From NCBI GenBank assembly GCA_963693095.2, contig OY843768.1, positions 1,536,001 to 1,600,000 on the forward strand: DNA of 64,000 nucleotides, read 5' to 3'. The notes under the pieces were generated by a model. It was not told where the DNA came from. It made no database searches and saw only the letters and a list, made by a program, of their open reading frames with translations. Within the stretch, counting starts at the first letter, position 1; every line of letters begins with the position of its first letter. Both the position numbers and the translations under genes were made by a program. Below are positions 36,583-46,653 of this stretch, in pieces. The stretch comes from Cenarchaeum sp. GTDB lineage: Archaea; Thermoproteota; Nitrososphaeria; Nitrososphaerales; Nitrosopumilaceae.

Positions 36583-37306
36583 GATCAGGATCGTCCTCTA
36601 GTGCGGCCTCGCCAATCTCGCACATTTGCCGAACCGTGCGAGTCACCTTTTCGCTTGCCATCTCGCGCATCCACGGGCCTGCATCACGGACTGTTGGGAC
36701 GCACACGTGCGCGTCTGCGACGAGTATGACTAGGGACTCGGGAATGTCGCCCATGGTCTCTGACCACATGTGCGCATATGCGGCAGCCTGGAGAAATGCG
36801 TCAGGGTGTGCCGGCGCAGTGCCTGCGTTGCGCGGTGGCCTTGCAGGGGCGGTCACGGATCTGCGCGTCTTGTGATCGATTACTGCGAGCTTGCCATCCC
36901 AGAACGCGACTAGATCCACGGTTCCGCCAATCCGGCGAGCCACGCTCACGAGATTCTGCTCGACGGCCTGCACGTCAGCAGCAGAACGGTCCAGCTCGCG
37001 CGCTATGTTTCTTGCAATGTGTGTGGCCTCTGGCGGATCGCCGTCGTGTGGCACCATCCCTGCGCCGCGCGCGTGCTCGGCGACCATCCGGTGGGTCGCA
37101 TTGCCGACGCTGATCCTCGCCTTGTCAGGTGCGCGCCGGCGCGCAGTGAACGTGCGCCGTGCGGAGTCGATGCAGAGGCGGCCGGTGAGGGCATCGATGA
37201 GCGTGCGAACCGTGACGAGGAGGCGCGCATCAGGATCGCGATAAAACCGCGCATCGCCGACATAGGCCATCGTGTGGCCTGCCAGGCCCCCGACCCTCTC
37301 ACTCAT
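36542..37306 (-). CDS. PD-(D/E)XK exonuclease (phage exonuclease/MGME1/Cas4-like fold, no Fe-S Cys set)
   Basis: GNATH, VEQ.L, GTVD, IDHKT and Q..AY motifs. Confidence 0.75.
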   Translation of the reverse strand: MSERVGGLAGHTMAYVGDARFYRDPDARLLVTVRTLIDALTGRLCIDSARRTFTARRRAPDKARISVGNATHRMVAEHARGAGMVPHDGDPPEATHIARNIARELDRSAADVQAVEQNLVSVARRIGGTVDLVAFWDGKLAVIDHKTRRSVTAPARPPRNAGTAPAHPDAFLQAAAYAHMWSETMGDIPESLVILVADAHVCVPTVRDAGPWMREMASEKVTRTVRQMCEIGEAALEDDPDPTSPAHSAQARRR

Positions 37307-37381
37307 GGCAGGGCATGCCACCTAGGGGCAGGTTATGTGTTGCGGGGACGTGCGGCCGGTCTCTGGCCGCATGGCCTGCTA

Positions 37382-37400
37382 GGAAAAATAGGAAAAGGGT
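37382..37400 (-). terminator. Oligo-T terminator after amt
   Basis: Minus-strand CCCTTTTCCTATTTTTC immediately after the amt stop. Confidence 0.5.
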
Positions 37401-37407
37401 TTTGAGC

Positions 37408-38973
37408 CTATTCGTTGACGTATGCGCGCTCGCCGTGCTGTGCAAGGTCGAGGCCGAGCTCCTCCTCTTTTGGAGTGACTCGAATCCCGCCAGGCCAGAC
37501 TGCATCCATGATCTTTAGGATCACGACTGTGACGCCAAAGGCATAACCTATCGAGATGGCAGCGCCGATTATGCTAATCGCCTGCTGTTCCATCCCTTCG
37601 GGCGTGCCCGTCCATGCGCCTATTCCGTCGCCGGTATCCCAGATATGGGGACTTGCAAGTGTTCCTGTCAGTATTGCGCCAGTCAGGCCGCCCATTCCAT
37701 GGACACCCCAGACATCAAGTGCGTCGTCCCACTTGCGTGCATTCTTGAAAGAGATGCATGCATAGCAGATGGTACCTGCCGCGATCCCGATGATTATCGA
37801 GGCCATCGGGCCAACCCAGCCAGAGGCTGGGGTGATTGCGACGAGTCCCGCGACTGCGCCTGTTGCTGCGCCGACTATGCTAGGCTTGCCGGTGTGTGCC
37901 CACGACATGAGGACCCACGTCACTGCTGCAACGCCGGTGGCGGTGTTTGTCACCACCCACGCGCTAACCGTGATTCCGTCCACCATGACCTCGCTGCCAG
38001 CGTTAAAGCCAAACCAGCCAAACCATAGAATCGAGGCTCCAAGGACGACCATCGGGATGTTGTGGGGCTCCATTGGAACCTTGCCAAACCCGAGTCTTCG
38101 TCCCAGTATCATTGCTCCGGCCAAAGCCGAAAAGCCCGATGATATGTGGACAACGGTGCCGCCTGCAAAGTCAAGTGCGTAGCTAGGGGAGAGTTCTGGA
38201 TTTAGGTCCAGCGATCCGCCGCCGATATATCCGCCGCCCCATACCCAGTGGGCAATGGGGTCATAGACGAATGTCCCCCAGAGGAGGACAAATATCACCA
38301 GCGCGCTGAACTTTATGCGGTCGATCAGTCCACCAACAATTAGTGCCGGCGTTATGATCGCAAAGGTTCCCTGGAATGCAGCGAATAGCTGGTGCGGGAT
38401 TGTCCCTGGCCAACTTACACTGCATACCTCGCCTTCCTTGAACTCCTGCATCTGGTACGCGTACGACCAAGTGTCCTCACATGGCCCCGCCTCGCCAATT
38501 GGCGCATAGGGTGAGACCATATTCAGTCCAACATAATCGAGGCTTCCCATGAACAGGTTTGCGTCGCTGCCTTCCGGTATCGGCCCAAAGGCCAGAGAGT
38601 ACCCAAAGGCAACCCACTGGAACGCCATGAGACCCATTATTACAAAGGTCATTCCGATGACGTTTACAGCGTTCTTTGATCGTGCAAGGCCGCCATAGAA
38701 GAAGGCAACTCCGGGCGTCATAAAGAGAACCATCGAGGATGCGGTCAGCATCCAGGCGGTATCACCGGTGTCGATCTTGCATGGCAGCATTGAGCCATCC
38801 TCCTCGTACCAGCACTCGTTTTCGTTGCCCGTGTAGATGCCGCTAGTTCCCATGACATAGCCGTCCATTCCGTCCGTGACTTGCTGCGCATATGCCTGAC
38901 CCATGGCCGCTGTCGCCGTTAGGGCGACTGCTGCCACGAGCAGTATTGCATACTTGCGGTTGTGTGTAGTCAT
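37408..38973 (-). CDS. amt: Ammonium transporter (AOA long-N-terminus type)
   Basis: Signal peptide (..QAYAQ), GDTAW, FYGGL, DFAGGTVVH, WFGWFGFNAGS, DDALDVWGVHG. Confidence 0.96.
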   Translation of the reverse strand: MTTHNRKYAILLVAAVALTATAAMGQAYAQQVTDGMDGYVMGTSGIYTGNENECWYEEDGSMLPCKIDTGDTAWMLTASSMVLFMTPGVAFFYGGLARSKNAVNVIGMTFVIMGLMAFQWVAFGYSLAFGPIPEGSDANLFMGSLDYVGLNMVSPYAPIGEAGPCEDTWSYAYQMQEFKEGEVCSVSWPGTIPHQLFAAFQGTFAIITPALIVGGLIDRIKFSALVIFVLLWGTFVYDPIAHWVWGGGYIGGGSLDLNPELSPSYALDFAGGTVVHISSGFSALAGAMILGRRLGFGKVPMEPHNIPMVVLGASILWFGWFGFNAGSEVMVDGITVSAWVVTNTATGVAAVTWVLMSWAHTGKPSIVGAATGAVAGLVAITPASGWVGPMASIIIGIAAGTICYACISFKNARKWDDALDVWGVHGMGGLTGAILTGTLASPHIWDTGDGIGAWTGTPEGMEQQAISIIGAAISIGYAFGVTVVILKIMDAVWPGGIRVTPKEEELGLDLAQHGERAYVNE

Positions 38974-38995
38974 TGACTCGTTAAGAGGGCGATAT

Positions 38996-39003
38996 TTATT
39001 TAA
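38996..39003 (-). promoter_or_regulatory. TATA box of amt
   Basis: TTTAAATA 23-30 nt upstream of the amt ATG, in an AT-rich divergent intergenic region. Confidence 0.65.
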
Positions 39004-39072
39004 ACATTGGTCAATTTTATGGCCATTTCTAGAAAATAATTATATTCTAGTGGATTGTGATACTATGACATC

Positions 39073-39780
39073 ATGGCGGGCACGAGGCGCAGCGGGGGCT
39101 CACGGGGGCACCTCTCGGTGCTAGACGAGTTCAAGACACGGCGGGGAGCGCCCACGGGGACGGCCCTCAGGCAGAGGGCGATCCTCGGCGCGCTTGCCGC
39201 AGGCGGCGAGCCGGCCGAGAGGACCCGGACCGGCATAGCGCAGCGCGTCACCGACGGGGGGAGTGCGAGGTGGAAGAACGTCTACTCGGGGGTGTTCCAG
39301 GACATCGACGGAGCCCTCGTCCCCCTGGGCCTCGTCGAGGAGGCCGGACGCATCCCGCCGCGCCGCGGGCCGCGGGCCCTTCGCGAGAGCGGCATACCAT
39401 ACTATCACCTGACGCGTGCCGGCGCGCTAGTTGCACTGGCCTTTGGCGATGACGAGGGCCTCGAGGGGCGCGTTGCGGCGTTCTTTGCCGAGTCTAGCGG
39501 CGAGGAGGCGCGCGTCGGGCGCGCCCTGGCAATCCTGGCCGGATTTGCGCCGCGCCTTGCGCGCACGATCCTTGCCGGACACGTCAAGGAGTTCTGCGAG
39601 GGCCGTCAGCGCCGGCTCGTTCCCGTAACGACTGAAAAGCTTGACGCGTCTACTGGCGCAGAGACGCGCGCAACTGCAGAGTTTCTCTCTGGCGCACTAG
39701 AGCTCGACGATGATGCGCGCACGCGGGTCATCGCGCTATTGCGCGCAATATCTGGCGGCGAGCCTACGGCGCAAGCATAG
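39073..39780 (+). CDS. Hypothetical, probable winged-helix protein divergent from amt
   Basis: TRTGIAQR...LVPLGLVEE...YYHLT wHTH-like pattern. Confidence 0.7.
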   Translation: MAGTRRSGGSRGHLSVLDEFKTRRGAPTGTALRQRAILGALAAGGEPAERTRTGIAQRVTDGGSARWKNVYSGVFQDIDGALVPLGLVEEAGRIPPRRGPRALRESGIPYYHLTRAGALVALAFGDDEGLEGRVAAFFAESSGEEARVGRALAILAGFAPRLARTILAGHVKEFCEGRQRRLVPVTTEKLDASTGAETRATAEFLSGALELDDDARTRVIALLRAISGGEPTAQA

Positions 39781-39835
39781 GTGTGTGCCGAACAAGGACA
39801 ATGCCATTTCTGTGAGCTTGCGCAAGCAGGGCTCT

Positions 39836-40741
39836 TTATTGCAGCGCATCTGCAAGCAGGCCTGACACGTCCACTACATCAACGGATCCCGGAATTGTGT
39901 TCGTCGCGACGACCTTTGATATTCCGGCTCGCCTCATGCGCGTGCGTGCCGTGCCGATGAGAAGTGCATGCGTGCATGCGGCATAGACACGCGCGCAACC
40001 AGATGACTTTAGAAACTCAGCAGCGCGCGATATGCTGCCTCCCGTGCTTATCATGTCATCAACTAGTATGACGTCGCGGCCAGAGACTCCGGCGTCGCGG
40101 CGCGTCGTGATCTTTACCTCGCCTGTGCGGCGGTCACGCTTTTTGGAGAGTGCGATCATGTCACAGCCGAGCTCGCGCGCAAAGAGTGCGGCCCGCTGTT
40201 CGCCGCCGGCATCAGGTGAGACGACGAGCCTGTCGCGCATGCGCATCGACGCAAAGTAGGCAGCGAGGACAGGAGCCGCCGGCACGCTCAGCGCGCGAAT
40301 CCCAAAGTGCGAGCGTGCCGCCTCGCTGTGCAGGTCGACGGTGAGGAGTCCGGCAGCGCCAGCGGCCCGCAAAAGGCGCGCGATCTCCCTCATCGTGACT
40401 AGCTCGCCGGAGAGAAACGCGCGATCCTGGCGCGCATACCCCATATAGGGCACGACTGCTATCGTGCGGCGCGCCGAGGAGGCCACGGCCGACACTAGTG
40501 TCAGCGCATGGAGGAGGTTTGTGTCAACTGGTGGATGCGTCGACTGGACGACGATCGCAGTCGAGCCGCGCGGGATCGCAGCGCGCAGCGTGAGCCTCGA
40601 CTCGCCATCAGAGAACGCGCGAAGCGTCGTGCCGACATATGTCGCGCGCAGCCTGCGCGCGATGCGCCGCGCGAGCTCAGAAGACGCCGGCCCGCCTATC
40701 ACCGTGAGCGGCCCTGCTGCTCGCAGCGAGTCGCGCCTCAC
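39836..40741 (-). CDS. prs: Ribose-phosphate pyrophosphokinase
   Basis: FSDGE, PYMGYARQDR, VDLH, SPDAGG, VDDMISTGGS. Confidence 0.95.
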   Translation of the reverse strand: MRRDSLRAAGPLTVIGGPASSELARRIARRLRATYVGTTLRAFSDGESRLTLRAAIPRGSTAIVVQSTHPPVDTNLLHALTLVSAVASSARRTIAVVPYMGYARQDRAFLSGELVTMREIARLLRAAGAAGLLTVDLHSEAARSHFGIRALSVPAAPVLAAYFASMRMRDRLVVSPDAGGEQRAALFARELGCDMIALSKKRDRRTGEVKITTRRDAGVSGRDVILVDDMISTGGSISRAAEFLKSSGCARVYAACTHALLIGTARTRMRRAGISKVVATNTIPGSVDVVDVSGLLADALQ

Positions 40742-42474
40742 TCCTCGCCACCGCCACGCGAGATGTCGCCGATCCCATACTCGTCGACTACGGCGTTGCG
40801 GCTCTTGTCGAGTGAGGCGATCTCGCCGGCCTCGCGGCGCTCGTCACCATTGTAGACGGTCCGTATCGGCCACGGTATCCGTATGTCATATTTCTTGAAC
40901 TCCTCGTGCATGAACACCCTCATGTCCGTCTTTGCCTTGAACTGCGAGCCATAGTCGCGTACATACACCCACATGGCAAAGTCAAGGGACGAGTCGTTGA
41001 ACTTTGTAAAGCGCACGACAGGCTGGTCAATGCTGACGTGGAGGTCACGATCGCAGCCGCAGCTCGGGCGGTTCACGAGGACGTATGGGCACTTTTTCTG
41101 CCTGATGAGGTGCCGTCCGCGCTCGTCGATGCACTCGACCATTGCGCGCCGGCCCACCTTTACGAGGATCGCCGAGACCTGGCGCGGGTCGTTGAGGTAC
41201 GACACGCCGACCTCGACGGTCGCCGGAACGAGCATCGTCTCGCGCGAATAGTTGACTAGCTGCGAGCTGACTAGCTGCCTAGTGGGCACTATGGCGATCG
41301 ACTCATAGAGCGCATGGCGCACGTATGTCACGCGCGGCGTGATGCGGTGTATGTAGCCCTCATAGCCGCTCTCGAGCTTTACCCTGTCGCCCTCGACCAT
41401 TATGCGATCCTTGCGGATAAACATGTACGCAAACCAGTTCTGCATCGTCTCCTGCAGCGCAAGGCCAACGCCCACGGCCATGCCGCCTGTCGCAGTCGCC
41501 AGAACCCAGAGGTCGACGCCCCACCAGCTCACAAGGCCAAGTGAGACGCCGCCAATTAGCGCAACTCGCAAGAGGCGCGTGGCTGACCTTGGGACGTCCT
41601 TGCGCTTTTTTCTTGCGTGGCCCGGCGGCCGCGCGCCGGCGAGAATCGGCACGTATCCCGTGTTGCGCCTTTCTTCTCGCCACGTGTCTATCGCATAGAC
41701 CTCCTCGTCACGCCGACCAAGGCGCAGGCGCTTGCCAGACTCGTTGGTTCCGTCAAGGCACGATGAAAGATATGCGTTGTACTTGGTGCGCTCCATTGCG
41801 CGCCATTTCGCAAACGCGTCATCGACTAGTGACTCGTGGCTTCCGACCTCGGTGCCCTTTTCTGTCCTGTATGTCTCGAGGCGTGCCCTGCCGGCATCAG
41901 TCTTCATTAGCTCGTCGAACTCGGATTCATCCATGCCCTCAGGCGCATGCTTTGGCGGAACCCACCTAAAGAGCGAATGGAACGCGTTGGCATCATCGTC
42001 GGGAAACCCGCGCATGTCGCGCCATTGCGCATAGTCGACCTCCTCCTCAGACGCCTTTTGGCGCTGCATGATAACGATCGGAATTAGCGTTGCTATCGTG
42101 TACCCTATGACGAATATGTTTATCGTGTTGAGCATCTTTGCAAACGTCTCGCGCGGTGAGGACTCGTCAGCCTGTGTGTCGCCAAAGAGCGCAAATGACT
42201 GCGAGTACGCGTTGACCGAGGAGACTAGCGCGATTGCAAATATCGGCAGGACCGCGACTCGCACAAAGCGCGCAAGGTGCGGCCGGACGTACGTGAAGCG
42301 GCGCGAGCGCGTCCATGACGAGAGGCTGCGGTACGCCATGCCTATGGCGACTAGTCCCACGACGAGGGCGACGAGGGCCGCCTGGAGCGACGGCGAGGCC
42401 GAGACGAGCTGCGTGACTGACTCGATCTGGCCGGCCTGCGCGACGACTGCGTCGATTATCTCGTGCTCGGTCAT
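40738..42474 (-). CDS. mscS: Mechanosensitive channel MscS family, extended
   Basis: GLALQETMQNW, EGDRV, VGVSY, DSSLDF, IRIPWP. Start trimmed to MTEHEII. Confidence 0.87.
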   Translation of the reverse strand: MTEHEIIDAVVAQAGQIESVTQLVSASPSLQAALVALVVGLVAIGMAYRSLSSWTRSRRFTYVRPHLARFVRVAVLPIFAIALVSSVNAYSQSFALFGDTQADESSPRETFAKMLNTINIFVIGYTIATLIPIVIMQRQKASEEEVDYAQWRDMRGFPDDDANAFHSLFRWVPPKHAPEGMDESEFDELMKTDAGRARLETYRTEKGTEVGSHESLVDDAFAKWRAMERTKYNAYLSSCLDGTNESGKRLRLGRRDEEVYAIDTWREERRNTGYVPILAGARPPGHARKKRKDVPRSATRLLRVALIGGVSLGLVSWWGVDLWVLATATGGMAVGVGLALQETMQNWFAYMFIRKDRIMVEGDRVKLESGYEGYIHRITPRVTYVRHALYESIAIVPTRQLVSSQLVNYSRETMLVPATVEVGVSYLNDPRQVSAILVKVGRRAMVECIDERGRHLIRQKKCPYVLVNRPSCGCDRDLHVSIDQPVVRFTKFNDSSLDFAMWVYVRDYGSQFKAKTDMRVFMHEEFKKYDIRIPWPIRTVYNGDERREAGEIASLDKSRNAVVDEYGIGDISRGGGEE

Positions 42475-42592
42475 GCGTGCGCGCGGGCGTGCCATGTCGG
42501 TATAAGGTTTTTTGCGGCCCTGCGCCGGATCCCGCGCCCGTGCGTGCGCAGAGCCCAACACTTAACACGCCCACCCGTGCGCACCGGCTCAC

Positions 42593-43930
42593 ATGTCCGC
42601 GCAGGAGTGGGAATGGGGGACGAGCCCGAGGCTAGCCTCGTACACGCTGGCCAACGTGAGGAAGCTCGAGCAGGCACGCGCCCTCGGGGAGGAGCGCCTC
42701 GCCGAGATGGACGTCGTCGCGCACGTCCTGCCCTTCAAGGCCAACAACTATGTCGTTGACAATCTGATCGACTGGTCACGCGCCGAGTCTGATCCCATGT
42801 TCGTCCTCACGTTTCCGCAGCGCGGAATGCTCAGCGAGGCCAACTATGCCGAGATGGCCGCCGCGCTTGAGACCGGCGACAAGAAGCACATAGACGAGAC
42901 GGCCAACACAATAAGGCTCCGGCTAAACCCGCACCCCGCCGGACAGATGGAGCTAAACGTGCCGCACCTTGCCGACGGGACTGCGCTCCACGGAATGCAG
43001 CACAAGTACCGCGAGACGTGCCTCTTTTTCCCGAGCCAGAGCCAGACGTGCCACGCATACTGCAGCTTTTGCTTTAGGTGGCCCCAGTTTGTCGGCATGG
43101 ACGGCCTAAAGTTCGCGATGCGCGAGTCCGAGCAGCTCGTGCAGTATTTGCGCGAACATCCCGAGATAACTGACGTCCTGTTCACGGGCGGCGACCCCAT
43201 GATAATGCGCGCCGGCGTGTTTGCGACATATGTCAACGCGCTCCTTGAGGCAAAGATCCCGACACTAAACACGATACGAATCGGCACAAAGGCACTCTCG
43301 TACTGGCCATACAAGTTTCTCACCGACGAGGATGCCGGAGACATGCTCGAGCTCTTTGGCAACATAACAAAGGCCGGAGTCCACCTCTCCATAATGGCCC
43401 ACTTTAACCACCTCGTGGAGATGCGCACGCGCGCGGCAACTGAGGCGATCGCGCGCATACGCGCGACTGGCGCGCAGATAAGGACACAGTCACCGCTCCT
43501 CGCGCACATTAATGATGACGGCGACATGTGGGCAAAAATGTGGACAGAGCAGGTCAATCGCGGGTGCATTCCATACTATATGTTCGTCGTGCGCGACACG
43601 GGCGCGCAGCACTACTTTGGCGTGCCCCTTGTGCGCGCGCACGAGATATTCACGCGCGCATACACGCAGGTCAGCGGCCTCGCGCGGACCGTGAGGGGCC
43701 CGAGCATGTCGGCGACTCCGGGCAAGGTCACAGTCGACGGGACAGTCGAGGTCGGGGGCCGGCGCGCCATCGCGCTGCGCTTCTTGCAGGCTCGCGATCC
43801 CTCATGGGCAGGCAGGCCGTTCTATGCCGAGTACGACGCCGGCGCGGCCTGGCTTGACGACCTAAAGCCCCTAGATGGCGGAGAGTTCTTTTTCGAGGCA
43901 GGCCTCAAGGAGATACGCGCGTCGCGCTAG
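42593..43930 (+). CDS. KamA-family radical SAM protein (lysine 2,3-aminomutase-like)
   Basis: HKY, CHAYCSFCFR (CxxxCxxC), TGGDP, HFNH, PYY. Confidence 0.88.
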   Translation: MSAQEWEWGTSPRLASYTLANVRKLEQARALGEERLAEMDVVAHVLPFKANNYVVDNLIDWSRAESDPMFVLTFPQRGMLSEANYAEMAAALETGDKKHIDETANTIRLRLNPHPAGQMELNVPHLADGTALHGMQHKYRETCLFFPSQSQTCHAYCSFCFRWPQFVGMDGLKFAMRESEQLVQYLREHPEITDVLFTGGDPMIMRAGVFATYVNALLEAKIPTLNTIRIGTKALSYWPYKFLTDEDAGDMLELFGNITKAGVHLSIMAHFNHLVEMRTRAATEAIARIRATGAQIRTQSPLLAHINDDGDMWAKMWTEQVNRGCIPYYMFVVRDTGAQHYFGVPLVRAHEIFTRAYTQVSGLARTVRGPSMSATPGKVTVDGTVEVGGRRAIALRFLQARDPSWAGRPFYAEYDAGAAWLDDLKPLDGGEFFFEAGLKEIRASR

Positions 43931-44006
43931 TCAGCACCATTTGCCAATATGGGCAAAACTAGCTTACCAATGCGCCGTATATGCATCGCGCAGCGCCACG
44001 CGTGCC

Positions 44007-45452
44007 ATGGATGCGGTGGGGGTGATGAAGCGCCTAGGCGAGGATGAGATTGCGTTTATCGACTTTTGGTTCGTCGATATCATGGGCGAGCTCCACCGCA
44101 TGGGAATGCCAAGCTATGGCGTCTCTGAGGACGACTTTGAGAACGGCCTAGAAAAGCTCGATGCGAGCTCCATAGTGGGATTCGCCTCGGTCAACAAGTC
44201 AGACATGGTCATGAAGCCTGACCCCACGAGCTATTGCGTGCTCCCGCCAGACTATGACAACGGCAAGCGGCGCAACGCGAGGATGTTCTGCGACATCTAT
44301 GAAGGAAGCACGGATGCGACGTCGCGCTTTAATCGTGACTCGCGCGGAATAGTCCAAAAGGCCGAGGGCGAGCTCGAAAAATATGGCGTCACGCACGCAA
44401 TGTTCGGGCCAGAGATCGAGTTTTTCATCTTTGATGCGATAAACGTCTACCCCTCGCCGTATGCCGCAACGCACTCGTACGGCGGATCCGGATACTCGAT
44501 CGAGTCAAAAGAGTCGCCGTGGGCAAAGGGAAACGTGAGCACGGCAATAGACCTGCGCGAGGGATACTATCCGTCGCAGCCAAAGGACACGATGGACAGC
44601 CTGCGAAAGGACATCTGCGATGACCTCCACAACTATTTTGGAGTGATGATCGAGGCCGAGCACCACGAGGTCGCCACGTCAGGCCAGAGCGAGATAAACC
44701 TGCGCTATGGCAGCATGGTCGAGATGGCAGACGCCGTAGTCACCGCAAAGAACGTCATAAAGGTAAAGGCAAAGCGCGCAGGCAAGGTCGCCACGTTCAT
44801 GTCGAAGCCGATATTTGGCGACAACGCCTCGGCAATGCACACGCACCAGAGCCTCTGGAAAGGCGGCTCGAACCTCATGTTTGATTCCAACGACCCGATC
44901 GCGCAGCTCTCGCAGGTGGGGAGATACTATATCGGCGGCCTCCTCGACCACGCGCCAGCCCTCTGCGCGATAACAAACCCAACGACAAACTCGTACAAGC
45001 GCCTAGTGCCAAACTTTGAGGCGCCAGTCAACATATGCTGGGGCGTAGGCAACCGTTCGGCGGCCATACGCGTGCCAATGTACCTGCGCAACCAGGAGAA
45101 GAGCAAGAGGATAGAGTACCGCGTGCCAGACCCGACTGCCAATGTCTACCTCCTAGAGGCGGCCCTCGTCCTCGCCGGCCTTGACGGCATACGCCGCAAG
45201 CTCGACCCCGGCGATCCCATATACGACAATGTCTACAAGATGAGCGCGCAGAAAAAGCGAGAGCACCGCATAGGCTCGCTGCCGACTACGCTCCGGGGCA
45301 CGCTTGATGCGCTAGGCTCGGATCGCGAATTTTTGGAGCGCGTCTTTACTGCGGACTTTTTGGACGCGTATATCGCGCTAAAGTATGAAGAGTATTCGGC
45401 GTTTGCGCAGACCCCCACGACCTGGGAGGTCTCAATGTACGCCGATGCGTGA
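44007..45452 (+). CDS. glnA: Glutamine synthetase type I
   Basis: GPEIEFF, EHHEVA, ATFMSKP, NSYKRLVP, NRSAAIRVP, EYRVPDP. Confidence 0.96.
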   Translation: MDAVGVMKRLGEDEIAFIDFWFVDIMGELHRMGMPSYGVSEDDFENGLEKLDASSIVGFASVNKSDMVMKPDPTSYCVLPPDYDNGKRRNARMFCDIYEGSTDATSRFNRDSRGIVQKAEGELEKYGVTHAMFGPEIEFFIFDAINVYPSPYAATHSYGGSGYSIESKESPWAKGNVSTAIDLREGYYPSQPKDTMDSLRKDICDDLHNYFGVMIEAEHHEVATSGQSEINLRYGSMVEMADAVVTAKNVIKVKAKRAGKVATFMSKPIFGDNASAMHTHQSLWKGGSNLMFDSNDPIAQLSQVGRYYIGGLLDHAPALCAITNPTTNSYKRLVPNFEAPVNICWGVGNRSAAIRVPMYLRNQEKSKRIEYRVPDPTANVYLLEAALVLAGLDGIRRKLDPGDPIYDNVYKMSAQKKREHRIGSLPTTLRGTLDALGSDREFLERVFTADFLDAYIALKYEEYSAFAQTPTTWEVSMYADA

Positions 45453-46301
45453 CTATTGCCCGTGCGCGTCCATGCACGCGACCATGCCGCCGAGGCGCAG
45501 GATCGCCTCGTCAGCCTCCCTGACTGTCTCCCAGAGGAGGCCGGCATCAAACGTGTACTTTTTCTTTTTTTCGTGAAACGTGTGGCCCGAGACGACGGTG
45601 CCCGAGTCATCGACTGCAAGGCGCACGTGCGCGACTCGGTTTCGGGCCTCAGCGACTGACTGGATTAGCCCCAAGAGCTCGCCATCAATGCAGCCGTCGA
45701 CTGTCATGACCAGCTTTAGAAACGCCCACTTTTGCGACATCGAGAGCGACTGGTTATAGAGTGCCTCATAGCACGCCTCAAGCGTCTCGCCGCCCGGTGC
45801 GGGCCGGCCCATCGAGAGGCGCCGTATGATGCAGTCATCCATTGCGCCCTCTAAGTCAAGTGCGCGCGATATGAGCAGGCCGCGAACAAAGCGCGGGTTG
45901 CGCCAGCGCGGCGTGTCAGCTGCCATCACGGCGAGCGTGTCGGCCGGATCGTCTGATGCCGAGATGCTGACCGTCGAGTTTGCAAGTAGGCGCGAGCGCG
46001 CGACCGGATCGAATGACTTGCCATAGCAGAGGACATCGAGGGGGTACTGTTTTGCGATCTTGCGTATTGCTGCCTCGAATGCGGGATCGCCGGCCATCTC
46101 TGATGAGGCCGCAAGGATGTCTGCCCTGTCAGCGCCCATGCTCGCAACTAGGCTATCGATCGTAGCGTACTCTAGTATAGCCGGCTCTAGGCCGCGCGAG
46201 GCGAGGCTGGCCGCAATCCTGTCGCGAAGGGCCGCGTCGTGCGAGGCGGCAAGCCACTTTAGCGTAATCGGCCTGCGTGTCTCGTCGGTCTCGCCGCCCA
46301 T
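45453..46301 (-). CDS. Hypothetical protein with C-terminal HEPN-like domain
   Basis: Helical domain with ...DLEGAMD...SMSQKW...ARNRVAH (R-x4-H); alpha/beta N-terminal half. Confidence 0.65.
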   Translation of the reverse strand: MGGETDETRRPITLKWLAASHDAALRDRIAASLASRGLEPAILEYATIDSLVASMGADRADILAASSEMAGDPAFEAAIRKIAKQYPLDVLCYGKSFDPVARSRLLANSTVSISASDDPADTLAVMAADTPRWRNPRFVRGLLISRALDLEGAMDDCIIRRLSMGRPAPGGETLEACYEALYNQSLSMSQKWAFLKLVMTVDGCIDGELLGLIQSVAEARNRVAHVRLAVDDSGTVVSGHTFHEKKKKYTFDAGLLWETVREADEAILRLGGMVACMDAHGQ

Positions 46302-46398
46302 GGGAGAGTGCGCGCGTCGTGCGTAATTAAAGCGTGCGCACGTGCGCAGCCACCGGGACACTGGTGTGGGCGCTGATCCTTGGCATCAGGCACTAGTC

Positions 46399-46653
46399 TC
46401 ACTGGGGTTTCTTGTCAACCCTGATTGTAAAGCGCCTGTCCAGATATGACAGCAGGGGGGCAAGAAGGAGAAGGGCAAAGGCGATGTACAAGCCTCGATC
46501 ATCCTGTGACAAAAAGTTCCACACCATGGTCGCCTCTGCAGAAAAGGGCGAGGGGACGTCTACAAATGCCATAATAAGCAAAACGCCGAGTACAACACAG
46601 ATTGACGCGGACAGTGAAAGGTTTGATATGCTCAATTTGTCACCCCAGATCAC
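46399..46653 (-). CDS. Small 2-TM membrane protein
   Basis: Two TM segments; GTGA overlap with the upstream gene. Confidence 0.6.
   Translation of the reverse strand: MIWGDKLSISNLSLSASICVVLGVLLIMAFVDVPSPFSAEATMVWNFLSQDDRGLYIAFALLLLAPLLSYLDRRFTIRVDKKPQ

Noticed and set aside
36542-37306. Cas4 of a CRISPR system
   Set aside because: Lacks the four Fe-S cysteines and has no cas neighbours or array
43930-44006. Shared ACCAATG word upstream of glnA and amt as a nitrogen box
   Set aside because: Only 7 bp, with different spacing to the TATA element, and no NrpR-type GGAA-N6-TTCC site; not distinguishable from chance
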